Positions 1 through 15,114 are shown, counted from the first letter of the stretch. The stretch: DNA of 64,000 nt from Eledone cirrhosa (GCA_964016885.1 OZ024742.1:61194001-61258000); one strand, 5' to 3'. A program made the numbers and translations. Notes: a model not told the origin generated them from the letters alone.

Positions 1-520
1 GACACTGAAATTTGGGAAAGCTGCAGTGGCGGATGAAATACCAGCAGAAGCCATCAACGCAGACATAGAGACAGCTGTCTAGATGTTACACAGCCTCCTC
101 AGTAAGTTCTAGGAAAAGGAAATGTCCCGATATAGTGGAAGGAAGGGATCATCATGAAACTGCCGAATAAATGTGACCTCAGGAATCGCAGCAACTACCG
201 AGGGATCATGCTTCTGTCAGTGCCGGGCAAGGTTTCTCATCAGGAGACGGAAAACAATCGACCCTAAGCTCAGGCGGGATTCCACAGGAACAGATCCTGT
301 GCTGATCAGATGACCAGCCCACGCATCATCGTGGAGCAGTCACTGAAGTGGAATTCCCCACTCTACATCAACTTCATAACCTATGAGAAACGTTCGACAG
401 AGATACATTGTCGGAGCTGCTAATGCACTATGCCTGGGAAGATTATCCCCCTCATCCTGTGCACTTACCAAGGACATGACCTGTAAGATCGCCCACACCG
501 GCCAACTGTCAGGGAGACTC
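1..520 (+). mobile_element. RTE-clade LINE reverse transcriptase fragment (degenerate)
   Basis: Manual translation across stops and frameshifts gives GKAAVADEIPAEAI, WKEGIIMKLP..CDLRNRSNYRGIMLLSVPGKV and QAGFHRNRSCADQ..RIIVEQSLKWNSPLYINF, typical of the N-terminal part of RTE RT. Confidence 0.85.
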
Positions 521-529
521 TCATCACTT

Positions 530-800
530 GACATGGGAATGGGTGTTTGGAAAGAACAGTGACCACGATCTAAATGGAAACGGATGGATCTTATCAAACT
601 ACTTTTCTAGTAATGGGCTCTCTATTTTGAACAATTTCTCCAAGCACATAGATATCGATACGTATACATGGTTTAAGAGGAGTCGCGAATAGATCTCATA
701 ATGTGATTTGTTTTTATTGTCTCTGATCTATTCGATTTTGTCCTGGGTAGTTGAATTAAGAGAGGGGGTGAGCTCTTAACTGATTAGCAGTTAGTTATAG
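530..800 (+). mobile_element. APE endonuclease fragment of an RTE (Expander-like) LINE
   Basis: Degenerate translation VFGKNSDHDLNGNG..NGLSILNNFSKH..YTW..SDLFDFVL..IKRGGELLTD resembles the Expander/RTE EN C-terminus (..VKRGAELSTDH). Confidence 0.6.
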
Positions 801-989
801 GCAGCGTGATACTTTGCTGATTTTCTATATCCATTCAAAACATCTTCTCATGTACATGAGATATATGTGCACGCGTCTCTGTACATTTTACGCCACCAGG
901 TGCATTAACCCGATTTATTCCAATATTACGTATAACTATGAAATATATTTATAATTACTTGAATTGTTGTGGCTATATTATCAAATATT

Positions 990-1775
<786 letters not shown>

Positions 1776-2544
1776 AGTGAGAGAGAGCTATGAGTATGTT
1801 AGCGTGTGTATGTATGTGCTTTTATGTGTTATTGCGCATGTCTTTTGGTTTTTCATAACGAAACACATGTGTTGCACTTTGTGGGAAAGTAGATTCACCT
1901 GTCAAGCTTTTCAAAACTAATTACAGCGAAAACCTCGAAAGAAGCTATGGCACACCAATCACTAATCATGATGTTATAACATAAGTAAATAAGTAACACA
2001 AATATATTTTGTGAAATGATATTTAGTACAGGTTTGGGGTGCACTTTTCTAATATATATGTACATAGGAAGTGCATGTATGTGTATGCATATATCGAATA
2101 GTTTGGCACGGCTTTCATGTCTGTGCATAACCGACCCCACCCTTTAAAAGGGGGGTCGTCTATCATAACCAGTCAAACACAGACAGTGACAGCAAGGCCT
2201 TCAGCTCATAGGATTTACTTTGGAATATCTTTCTACTAGGCAGTTACCACCTAAGGCTGAGAACACTGCTTCTCCCGTGAGATTTCATTCTCCTAGGTAG
2301 GCTGGGTTCTGATTGTTAGGCGCCAGAGACTAAACTTTCACACCTCTGACATACGTTTTAAACATAGGTTGGCGCGGGAATCCAAACATTAGAATTTGGG
2401 TTAGGAGAGGCTGTTGGAGACGCTGTTTATAAGGCACATTAGGGGGTGTGATGTGGATCAACACCTCTCACCAACTTTTTCATTCTATTTTTTTAGACCC
2501 GTACACACACATATATGTATGTATATATATTTATATCTATCTAC

Positions 2545-2654
<110 letters not shown>

Positions 2655-3460
2655 ATATTTATATTTATATTTATATATGTTTGATATAACTATAAATATG
2701 GAGGGTAGTACTAAGTACTAGCCGGTTACCGGTATGACAAAAGGCTCAATGCAAATTTTGAAGTGTTTTACAGAGCCGAGATACAAAGTGTTAAAACGAT
2801 CAAATTTTAATTTAGAACATTTGTTTCTTCCAGAGGGAAGTCTGGATCATCGGAGCATAAGGAAAGTCGAAAACGTGTAACTAGAATCCTAGTCATTTAG
2901 AACATTTAGGGTACATAGTTGTTATTAGTGTCAACGACATGTGGAGATTCAGGAGTTAAAAAGATGTTCCACTTGAAATAACACAATTACAGGCAGCACT
3001 GGTTGGAAGTGTAATAGGTATAAGTAAAAGCAAAAAGCACAAGCAAAAAAAATGACAAGCAAAACACACAGGGAGAGAAGTTATAAGCAAGGACAATTGG
3101 TCAATAATGCATGTATGAGGAAAGAGTTATGGTTCCGTGAAGGAGGCAAATGGTGGACTGGTAGATGGATATGCGAAAGTCCACCATTTGCCTCCTTCAT
3201 GGAACCATGGTTCAACTAAGCACTCTTGCGATATTAACACATTTTGAACTGCTTAACTTCAATGACTGTGCTTGTAAATAACATTATTTTTTCTTCCACA
3301 TTGACTTTTTACGTTCCACATTATGCACGTTTTTTTTTCCCTTTTTCTTTTTTCTTTTCACTTCTTAAACCTTGTTTGTATATAACATTATTCTTTCTGC
3401 ACCTTCTGTTTAACATGTGCGACACCACACTAATACATTTCACTATCATTTGATGCTGAA

Positions 3461-3663
3461 ACCGGTAATAGACAATAATTAAATATATAAATAGATAAAT
3501 AAATGCCGTTGTTAAATAATAAATAAATCAACTAATACCTTAACACTTCACACAAAGTAAAACATTTCGTTTTAATCATTTTCTAACCCAGAAAAAAGAG
3601 AGAGAGAAACAGAAAAAGAAAAAAATATATTTTCCTTCCTCATAATCGTCTCTTTCTCCCTGT

Positions 3664-3668
<5 letters not shown>
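3461..3668 (+). repeat. Interspersed repeat family A, ending in (TA)n
   Basis: Reverse-complement homolog at 58941-59141; preceded here by GAAACCGGTA (3' half of an HHR-like motif). Confidence 0.75.
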
Positions 3669-3697
<29 letters not shown>

Positions 3698-3701
<4 letters not shown>

Positions 3702-3823
3702 TTTGCGCAAACTTTAATCTGTTATTTTAATAAATATTTGCTCGACGTTTCTTAGATATTTGATATATATTTATCCTTATCGAGCCCTCTTTGGATTTTA
3801 TTCTTCAAATTTATTATTATTAC
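3698..3823 (+). repeat. Interspersed repeat family G (probable PLE pLTR tail) between (TA)n tracts
   Basis: Close direct homolog at 62281-62403. Confidence 0.75.
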
Positions 3824-3868
3824 TATATATATATATATATATAAATATGTATATATATACATATGTAT

Positions 3869-3990
<122 letters not shown>

Positions 3991-4661
3991 CATTTTAATT
4001 ACAGCATTTTCGTTATTGTCTTTCGCATATCCATCTACTACGAGAGGGTAACATTGAGTACATTTAAACGTCCAGTAGTCTTCCTCAATGACATATCTCT
4101 CTTTATAACTCTTATCAGTGTTGATAACTTTAGCACTGCTATTTGGCTAATTAACAGCTCTATCTCTTCTATTATTAGTTACAGCGATTAACTATTGATA
4201 CTAATACCTTAGAATCTCATGAAAAGATTCTTTCTATTTGGAGTTTCTCATCACGAAATACACACAGCTCCAGGTGGATCGTTACTGAATCACTGACTCA
4301 CAATATTGAGTGCAGTGTGTCATGTGCCTTTACGTGTGTTTGTTTGTAAGTGTGTGTGTGCTGCTTCGTGTGTTGTGTCTTCTGTCATGTGTAGCATGTT
4401 GTGTGTGGCGTGGTATGGTTTTATGTGTCGTGTGTGTATGTTTGAGCTTAGTTGTGCGTTTTATGGTGTATGATGTATGATGGGTTGTGCGTTGTGTGAG
4501 GTATGTTGAGTGTAATTTCATGTGTTGTGGTCTCAGGCTTTTATTCCGACTTGGCTAATAATTATTGTGGCAGTCGCTCATTAAAACTCCCTTGATATGT
4601 GTTTATATATGTATTTATATATATGTACGTACACATACACATACACACAAATAAACACATA

Positions 4662-4703
<42 letters not shown>

Positions 4704-4710
4704 ATAGAAG

Positions 4711-4763
4711 GAGCTTCTACAGGACTAGTACTGTTTCATTCAGATGAAATCTTCAGGAAGCTC
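4711..4763 (-). ncRNA. Type I hammerhead ribozyme (family E)
   Basis: gagcttc CTGAAGA t-ttc-atct-gaa-t GAAA cag-tactagtc-ctg TA gaagctc; 7-bp stem I, GUA site. Confidence 0.85.
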
Positions 4764-4765
4764 AT

Positions 4766-4818
4766 GAGCTTCCTGAAGATTTCATCTGAATGAAACAGTA
4801 CTAGTCCTGTAGAAGTTC
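4766..4818 (+). ncRNA. Type I hammerhead ribozyme (family E)
   Basis: Mirror copy of 4711-4763 with one G-U pair in stem I. Confidence 0.85.
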
Positions 4819-4902
4819 CTTCTATAAAATAAAAACAATTTACTCTGCATGTATTGAGTACCTTACTTACTGTGGTTATCGCCGACTCAACCCGGGACCT
4901 AC

Positions 4903-4990
<88 letters not shown>

Positions 4991-5286
4991 GAGTGTGTGC
5001 GTGTGTTTCCATGTGTATGTATGTATTTATGTGTGTTTGTGTGTATGTGTGCGTGTGTAAACATTTAGAAAAAAGTAATTCGCACAGTGTTCCCTACTTG
5101 ATTGACAAAACAACAAGGAAGAGGTGTCGTTCTATGGGGTATCATGAATTAATTGTTGTAATGTTATATCAAGAACAAAAAGAATTGGAAGCTAAATGGC
5201 ATTGATGATCGAGCGCGTGATCACGAGTGCTTTCAAAAGTCGATCTTGAGGAAAACCAACGTTCGCTGTGATAATATGTATGTATG

Positions 5287-8200
5287 TTCTTCTGGTTTTA
5301 TAATTTCACAAATTTTTACCAATAAAGAGAGAGTCGGTTTCTAACATAGACACAAGACTCTCTCATTGGAATTTACACAACGTCAACTAGGTAGATTATG
5401 CATGCATGTGTAGATATGGATGTTATTGTATGTGTGGATGTGGATGTTTTGAGTTGTATGTGTGCATGTGCATATACTTTGCATCTGTACATGTGTATAT
5501 GCAGTTATTAGATGCAACATTTTTGGAATGTTTTACATATTTTTACTGTTCCATTAATGTATTGTACTTGTAATTTCCTAACTAGTCGTGTTCTCTCTGT
5601 TCCTGTGAAGCCTAGCTTCTCAAGATTTCGTACTGAGGCAGTTACTAACATACCCCAGTGCCCCAATAATCACAGGCATAAATCTGAAGGTGTAATCAGG
5701 GTGGAGTTTCTGCAGATTTCTCATCAGTTCTGCATAAATATTCTCCTTTTCGCTAATCTTTGATATTATATTGGCATCTGCTGGGCAGCTAATTTCCACT
5801 ACTGTGCATGCTTTCTTCTCCCTGTCCCATATCATAATATCTGGTCTGTTATGCCTGCATTTTATTGGGGTTTTACTAGAACATTCCACCAGTACTTTTT
5901 CATATTATGTACATGGATGTCTTCCATATTGCTGTAGCTTTTAATGTGTTTATTATCGGGGCTATCTTTTTTACGAACTGCATTGTACAGTGTTTTGGCC
6001 TCTACATCATCCCTCATAGGTAGATAGTACCGCGATGATATCTTTGGACAGCTGCTGATGACATGGGTGATATCCTCGATGTTAGTTCTGCAGAGCCTGC
6101 ACTTGTTATCACATCTAGGTGTTTTGCCTGCATCCCTATCTCTTTGTGAATCAGGTATTTCGTGTTAATCTCATGTTCTTGGATTGCAAAAGGGTATCCT
6201 TCAAAGTGGGAGCCAATATAGCGGTTGTTGGTCCAAGATAGACTACTTTCCTTATCTATATTACTCTCACTCTGGAGCTTCCTGGCAACATATCCATGCA
6301 TGATTTTTTGCTGATAAGCATGCAGTTTTTCATCCATGGATTCACTGCCATACTGCTGAGTGACTTCCCTGGGTGTGAGTTTTTGATTATCACACAGGGA
6401 ATATCTCTCGAGGAGTTCTTTCCCAACCCTCATGATCTTATCTGCAGATAGACTTGCTCGAGAAACGGGCTCCTACGCTTTGAGGTTCGTAGATGTTCTC
6501 GGAGAGATATGATGCGACATTCAAATGTTGTCTGGACTGATGTTAGACCTCTGCCTCCCTGCTTACGTTTCAAGTAAAGGCGGTCTATGTCACTGTTGAT
6601 GTGGAAGTTTCCGGTGTTGTTTAGTATTTTTCGAGTTCCAACATACCTGCTCGGATTTCGTCTATCGTCCAATTGATTATTCAAAACGTTGGTGTTAGGA
6701 CAGGCACAGCAAACACATTGTGAGCCACTTTTTTGTTTTGCGCAAAGAGTTCCGATGACCAGATCTTTCTTAATCGGGTGTAGTATTCCCTGGTTACGCG
6801 TTCTTTATTACAGATACCATTATAGGATATGTTCTCATCTATCCCCAGCTATCTGTAGTACTCCTCATCAGATATCGGTGAAACAGTTAGGCCATTGATG
6901 ACAATGTTGCTAGATTGGGTTGTTGTTTTTCCCCGCTTTACAGTCATGTATGAGCATTTATCTTGGCCAAACTCCATTCCTATATCCTTTGAGAACGTTG
7001 TAACCAGGTCAAGATTTTTCTTCATCTCATCCATGTTCTTGGCATAGAGTTTCAGATCGTCTACAAGGAAATTATGGGTTAGGTTCGTATTTCTGTCCTC
7101 CCGTGAGCCAATGATGTATCCCTCACATTTCTTGAGCAGAAAGGACAAGGGATTTAATGACAAGATAAATAATATCACAGAGAGACTGTCCCCCTGAAAT
7201 ATACCCCTGCAATATTTTATTTTATCAGTGAAAATAGAGTCCTCCCTCTCCGTCTTTAACCTTAGGATTGAAGCCCAAGAAGAGGACAGCCTCTCTATGG
7301 CTCTGACAATAATGTCTGGGACTTTAGCAAGTTGGAGGGCCTGTATTATCCAAGAGTGGGGAACAGAATCGAAAGCTTTCCTGTAGTCCAGCCAGACTGT
7401 AGCCATATTCCTCCTAAGTTGTGGCATGCAATGGGTCGGTAGGTTTTGCCAAGTGGGTGTCTTTGGTCTTGGAGACCAGTAATGTTTGTGCTAATGTCAA
7501 CCAATCTGGTATAAGTGTATCTCCCTTAAGAACTTGTTGGTAGAGGTCAGTAAGATAACTCCGATAGAATATCAGTTTTTTATACCAGTAGCCGAAAATC
7601 ATGTCTCTGCCTAGTGTTTTTTTTATCTTGGAGTTTTCCTATCATAGTCTCAAGGGTACCCTCACTGATTTCGTATGTTTTTGTTGTAGCGTAGGAGCAA
7701 TAGTTCTTTCGGATTTCTCTTAGCCACACTGCATCTTGGTTGAAATTCTTGTTTGAGGGTGATCAGTTTATATTGAAGAATTCTGGTTCTACTGTTACCA
7801 AACATCGTCTCTATTTTATTTTTCACTCTTTGTTGGTGAGGAGTGAGGTTTTTTGTGTTTGTTTGCATGTAAGGAGCATTGTCACATATCCTATGGTTTT
7901 TCGTAGGTGAGCAATCTTTTTTTCTATTTTAGTTAGATATGATGGTATTTTTGGAGGTGTTCTGTTCTTGTTAATATCTCTGCTATCACCAAGATAATGC
8001 TTCACTGTCGTTGCTAAGGCATATAAACAGGCGTTGATTTGCCAAAATATTGAGGTTTTTATCTGTCGTAAATATTCATCCCCTATTTCGTCAATAACAC
8101 GTAATATTTCATTATTTGGTTTTTATTAAATATTGTCGTTTTAATACGTTCAGCAAGAGAGAATTTCTCTCTGGAAGATTTCGTTGAGGGAAATTTTCAA

Positions 8201-8958
8201 TTGTTTATACTTTTGATTATTATCATTATCGATAGTATTTTCCAGAACAGTCGAGGTAGACTCGGATGGTACACGTGGTGTCACATTTCATCGATTATTA
8301 TTATTATTTCTTCGATTTTTATTATTATCGATAGTGTTTTCCCCAGCATTCGAGATAGACTTAGATGGTACAGGTTGTGTCAAGTTTCTTACAGGCATAG
8401 TTGTTTCAAGGCGCTGTTCGACCTGGCTGCTGGGAAGTCTAGTAGCATGGCGACCTGTAGCACGTGTTGTTGATAACATGTTTGTTGTGGGGGACTTACA
8501 ATTAATACTATTTATCTTATTTTTACGTTCAACAAACGTCGCTTGTTGGCGTAATTGTTTCGCTGTGAAATAATTTAGCTCTGGGTGCATTTCGTCCCAG
8601 TGTAGCTTCATTTTGTTCATATAGCCAATGGAGTGATTGTTTTTTGCCATTTTATAACAATTAAATAAATCATTAAGTTCGCAACTCCAAGAGAAATGCG
8701 ATTTATAATTTCGGTTTCTTCTGTAGCTACACCTGAATAAAGTTTGTTTACCTTTCTTGTTTGTAGTCTTCGATACTTCCTTAATTTTGTTGTTGATGTT
8801 GTGTTCAGCCATGCTGTTTGTAGCAGATCCTTGTAAAATGAATTATGTATTTAGCCGGATATCTCTACGAATTCGAATAAAAGGTGTCTTCAGAAGATAT
8901 AGTTAGAAGAATAACCAGTTATTCAACCTGACTGTAGTTGTGGCATTACTGTCGGAGA
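5287..8958 (-). mobile_element. R4/Dong-clade non-LTR retrotransposon (RT, CCHC, RLE), near full length, frameshifted
   Basis: ORF pieces VWLDYRKAFDSVPHSW, GIFQGDSLS, FLVDDLKLYA, RLYLKRKQGGRGL and HNRPDIMIWDREKKACTVVEISCP (PD-(D/E)xK-type RLE); (TACA)n on both flanks. Confidence 0.92.
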
Positions 8959-9013
8959 TATGTATGTGTGCATGTATGTATGTATGTATGTATGTATGTA
9001 TGTATATATGTAT

Positions 9014-9840
<827 letters not shown>

Positions 9841-9899
9841 ATGTGTGTAAAACGTAAACAGAAATAACAACAAATCGGTACAGTATACACACATATTCA

Positions 9900-10192
9900 T
9901 CTGTATATATATAAAATCAAGTATGACTGTGTGTGTGAATGTGTGTGTATGTGTGTCTGTGTATTACGTATAGGGACCTACATCTTACGACCGATTTTCA
10001 TGAAACTTTACAGGCTCATAGATTAGTCATCGTGGAGTGTTTTCTATATATCAGCCTATCGTTTTATTATTCCGGGGTCATTCTGCAGATAAAAATCGAT
10101 AGGTGGGTCACCTATTTTTAGGTATCGAAAAATAAGATGTTTGGCTCTAGCTCCCATATTTTGCTACCGATTTCGTTCGGGTACTGATGCTA

Positions 10193-10193
<1 letters not shown>
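9900..10193 (+). mobile_element. Non-autonomous Helitron
   Basis: A|TCTGTATATATATAAAA 5' end, internal (TG)-rich tract and CCGATTTTCATGAAACT, 3' end CGGGTACTGATGCTAG|T; inserted between A and T. Confidence 0.75.
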
Positions 10194-10274
<81 letters not shown>

Positions 10275-10276
<2 letters not shown>

Positions 10277-10558
10277 GGAATAGAATGAAACGAAATTTCA
10301 TTTCTCACTCTTAGTACGGCACTTACTTAATTGTAAGTATGTATGTATACGTACATACATATATGTATACAGACGTACAGTAGTATGTATATATATACAT
10401 ACATGCACACACATATATATATATATATATGCTCGTATCGGTTTGCCGAACATTTATTATAATGCTCGTTTTGTTTGTTTGTAAACAAACAAACAGCCCG
10501 AATTACGCCGTACAGTGTTTAGGCAACCACGTCACCTTTTTGTTCAACACTGACACAG
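10275..10558 (-). repeat. Partial copy of HHR family B (truncated just 3' of the ribozyme)
   Basis: Reverse complement aligns with 58643-58880; flanked by (TA)n. Confidence 0.75.
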
Positions 10559-11379
10559 TGTATATATACATATATATATGAGTTCGCAGAAAATGACTCT
10601 TGCTAACTGCGTTGGGTAAAAGCGCCTCATAGGAAAGGGATCAAGGGCCTGTGGTCGGTAGAGAGACAATCCACGATTTGGGTGGAAGACAGATGAAATA
10701 TAGAAATGGCTGAGAGAGGAGGGGAACAAGGAGAAGTGTGTTGGCGCACAGACGTGACTAGAAGAAGTAAATAAAGAAAGACGAATTACAGCTTTACACA
10801 CACACGTCTTCAGCCTCCTCACATCTCAAACCAGCAAATATTTTTTCGCACGATTTAACTGAGAGTACCATCTTAAAATGGCGGTATCAAGCAACAGAAA
10901 AAATAAATCTTTCTGCTGGTATATGTGTGATAAAACAATGAGAACAGATAGATAAACAAACAGATCAGAGAGGGAGGTAAGGTGTATTAAGCCGCCGCAA
11001 GGAAGGACAATAAAACGAACAAAACAAGACAGATAGACAGACAGATCCATAAATACACCCCTGGTGAGAAACATTTGAAGCAATTTAAATCGGATTTATT
11101 TCTCCTTTGCTATTAAAACCTTCAAAGCTTACCCCTGACAGTATTTCTCTTGTTGGGATGTTACAATCATTTCATGGGTTATGGGACATCATAATGAAAC
11201 CAATTATAATTTTTCTATTATTAAAAATGTATTGGATCCTGAGAAAACATTTTTCAGAAATACTACTCTAATACAATTTATTTAATGTTTTGTTTAGATG
11301 ACGTGGAACGAATTCTCAAATAAATATGTTATATTTTGAAAAGTCATGTCAGTGTTCCTCGACGCAATATGTTTGGGTA

Positions 11380-11960
11380 CCCACTCTCATCTGTTTTCGT
11401 TCCGGCTCCCATCCAATAGTTATGCTTGGATATATGTTAAACCCTTTTGGTTAACACCTACTTGGCTGAACATTTACTGTCGCCGTGTCGGTGTTTCCAT
11501 GAGGATCCTCCTCCGGATCTGCAGGCAGCCCAAATGCCATTGAGGTGTCCATGGTAAATGTTTCAGCCTTCCACCGATGTTATGCCGCTTTAGTCAGGAC
11601 GACTTCATACACCATGTTTCTCTCAACTTGATTAAGCATGGCCTGTCTATTGCTGGCTTCACAATACACCTTGCACCATTCCGAGGGAACGGCAAAATAC
11701 CAGATGGTATCACAGTATTACCGTTCCACGATGGTGAGCCCTTTGGTGTATTGTTGAACATAAAGTGGTAAAAACTAGGTGCTGCTATCAGAACGCCATT
11801 GGCCGCGAGCTGCAATGGCTCTTTCAGCCCACATCCTGTTGGATAAGGGTGTTTTCAACTTTATCCGCAGCAACCATGAGACTGTACACACTTGGGGATT
11901 CTATACCTTGAAGAGACAAAACAACCGAACAGCGGTCTTTAAAATAGTTAATGTCGCTAC
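11380..11960 (+). mobile_element. CRE-like non-LTR retrotransposon 3' fragment (RLE domain), degenerate
   Basis: CRFSQDDFIHHVSLNLIKHGLSIAGF..RGNGKIPDGITVLPFHDGEP resembles the CRE-type C..S.GR..RH..LN.IKR.L..AG....DGKRPDG.T..P pattern. Confidence 0.65.
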
Positions 11961-12019
11961 AGTTGGCCACTACGCACATATATGCATACACACATACATA
12001 CATTAATACATTCAAACAA

Positions 12020-12170
12020 TGATTTCATTTTTGGACACTAGGCCAACAGGTTTGAAAAGGGAAGTTGATTAAATCGAATCCACTGCATGAATGGTACTTT
12101 GTTTTATCAATTCCAAAAGAATGAAATGCAATGTTGACCTTGGTAGAATGTGAACTCAGAACATAAATAA
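12020..12170 (-). mobile_element. tRNA-derived SINE (Nin/Deu domain), degenerate
   Basis: Reverse complement has TCTGAGTTCACATTC B-box and TTTCATT..GATAAAACAAAGTACCA. Confidence 0.7.
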
Positions 12171-12285
12171 CCATTCGTAGACACAGAACATAAATGACCT
12201 CGCATGGACGCAGACTAATTACTGAAGGAAGTAAAAATGTAAAGGAATACATAACTTATGGTATATAACGATATATATATATCGT

Positions 12286-12397
<112 letters not shown>

Positions 12398-12939
12398 TTC
12401 TTCTATGAACCTTCTTCGCGCTGACGTATTTAACCATAATTTTTTTAGTTTTCATCAATTCCATTCATTATTAATTATTCTCTATCAAAATGTTGAAATC
12501 CTTATTTGGAAGCAACTGTAAATCATGTAAATTTTATGTAATATGTACAATCAAATGTTTGAATTTCAATGAATATTTATACGTTGTTTATATTTAACTG
12601 ATCCACATATAGATGGCAATATTGGAAAAGGGTTGAACGAGAAGCTTTGTTACATATGTCATACTTCTGCAATCTGAGTTCAAATCCATCTATAACCCAC
12701 TTTGTGAGTGGGCTGCTAGAATGAATCCGTTACTCATAATTACTTGATCCAGTATATTACATACATGTGGTCGAGTTTTCCTGTTTCGGGGATACATAGC
12801 TCCCTTTGTTTCTTTTTCCCGCCAGTCAGTGAATCTCTGAAAAGGTTATGGGTGTTGACTAAAAGGTTATGCTCTGACTAAAAAGTAAAATAAAAAACAG
12901 TTCTTCTTACAACTAGATCTTAAGTGGGATTTAGTGTCG

Positions 12940-13175
12940 TTGTTCTTCTTCGTGTTGATCTTCTTCGTCTTCTTCCTCTTCTCTGCCCACATATTCCGGG
13001 GAGGGTTGTGGGGGCTGATTCCCCAAAGTCACTTTCCAGTGGGTCTTGTCAGAAGCAACTATCTCCAATTGATACGGCTGAGTTCCCGAGTGACACTACC
13101 AGAGCTCATGGATTCTCCAACCATCTTGCTCGAGATCTTCCTCAGGGTCTCCTGTCGGTTGGTGGTGTCTTTACA
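12940..13175 (-). mobile_element. RTE (Expander-like) LINE 3' end with (GAA)-rich tail
   Basis: Minus-strand translation RRP*GRSRARWLE..LEIVASDKTHWK..PPQPSPE followed by GAAGAAG repeats. Confidence 0.65.
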
Positions 13176-14246
13176 GAAAATGCAACACAAAAATTAATTC
13201 AAAATCGTTCGATATGCAATCATTAGAAAGTAAGTATAGTCCTCTTAAAGTCACGTAACTGACACATCCCCACCCCCGCCAAAGAAAAACGCTCAACAAA
13301 TTCTTTCTAAAATTAAAGTTTATGACCACTGTCTGTCTCTCCATCATTAACAAGTGTCCGAAGCACTGGATTTTAGCACATTTCATATCAAAGCACTTGA
13401 AAGCATCTCTGATTTTAATATACAAAGCTGTTTATTTTAAACTGTTTATGTGTTCGAAAAACCTTCCATCATAATTTTATGCAAAGACTTTATTTTATAC
13501 TAATGAGAATGTTAAATATTTTAATAAAGCCCTTCGAATTCACTTAGACATTATTTTGGTAACGAAAATGTTAAACTCATCACAATACATTAACTCAGTT
13601 AATTATGTTATCTTCTATTTCTTCTGAATTATCTTTCGCCTACGTAGACTACCACAAGTTTCCTTAGATTCCGGATCTTATATGTATACGAATTAGATAT
13701 TTTTTCAAATATTTAAACATGTATGAAATGAATTGCAAATATCATTAAAAGTTTTAAGATTTCTTTAGAAATTATTTGCTGGGAATACTAGGATTTTGAA
13801 GAATTGCTCATCAAATATAATATTATCAATTGCATATAATTATGTTTCTAGATTATGTATCTTTGTGATTATATTTTATAGCTAAATTAATAGAAATATA
13901 ATAACATTTATTTCAAACCGTTTTATAGTCAACAAAATTGGTTTAAACTACTTATATTTACATAAAATATATATGAGTATGTATATAATTGTTTGAAAAT
14001 ATTCACATAACTTGTTTTTTATTTCATAAATCTATCAAATGATCATCATACATAAATGTTGAAAAATATTTGCGACGATAATTCAATAATCAATGTAAAT
14101 AACATTATTGATTTTTTTTAAAGCTTGAGTGAAGTTCTTTTAAACTAGATTAAACGTCTTAGCATGGGTAATGGAATATATGGCAGCAATATTATGTGGG
14201 AAATTGCCTAAGCAAAATACATAGACACACACGTACACAGAAACAA

Positions 14247-14341
<95 letters not shown>

Positions 14342-14479
14342 TATATATATACAGAGAGAGAGAGATAGTTATATATATATATATACATGTATATACATGT
14401 GTATACATACATATTTGAACAGATGTATGTACGTATGTATGTACATATATATACATATATATATATATGTGTGTGTATG

Positions 14480-14517
<38 letters not shown>

Positions 14518-14754
14518 CACATATGTATATGAAGGTTTCGCATATGATTTAATATACAACCCCAGTCATGTATATGTGGAAAAATGTGTGTAACTATAGT
14601 TATCGACGATTCGTTGGTTAAAGCACTCAACGCTACTGCGTGGTTCTGTCTCGTGGGGTGTTTTAACTTCAGTGTACTCCAGGGTTAAGGCGACTGTAAT
14701 GTGAAGAGTGAGTCTAAATACAAATAAGCATGAATGTGTTCTATGCCTACGAAC

Positions 14755-14844
14755 GCATATCTGATGAGATGTCGGTGCTAAGTCGGGTGCGAACAATTAT
14801 GAGGAACCTTGCGCATGTTCGACATTGAGACAATTGTCATATGC
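14755..14844 (+). ncRNA. Type I hammerhead ribozyme with long helix II
   Basis: gcatat CTGATGA gatgtcg..cgacatt GAGA caattg TC atatgc; one core substitution (GAGA); AATAAA immediately 3'. Confidence 0.75.
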
Positions 14845-14877
14845 AATAAATTCAATTTTCATTTCATCCCTGCTGAC

Positions 14878-14910
<33 letters not shown>

Positions 14911-15059
14911 TAGTATATGTTGGTTGTATACCAACATCTCAGTATGCAGATTGGAGCACTCGACGAAGTGCGCAGGTTGGTTTGGTTACTCCGGAGTAAT
15001 GTAAAATAAAATAAAATTAAATAAATAAGTCAAATGTTTAAAATTTGTCTTTGTTTATT

Positions 15060-15114
15060 ACTGCTATATATATTTCGGTGACAGCCCTCTTTGGCTGTGA
15101 CCTCTTCAGGCAGT
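15060..15114 (-). ncRNA. Type I hammerhead ribozyme
   Basis: actgc CTGAAGA ggt-c-acagcc aaagag ggctgt-c-acc GAAA tatata TA gcagt, then AATAAA. Confidence 0.85.

Larger units (their letters stand above)
4699..4903 (+). mobile_element. Extremely truncated PLE copy (family E): inverted pLTR piece plus pLTR 3' end, inserted in (TA)n
   Basis: 132-bp palindrome 4699-4830, then a tail homologous to 36980-37049 and 60212-60288. Confidence 0.85.

Noticed and set aside
1-800. RT fragment upstream of an EN fragment, suggesting permuted domain order
   Set aside because: Both are short and degenerate and resemble different RTE subgroups; adjacent independent fragments is the simpler explanation
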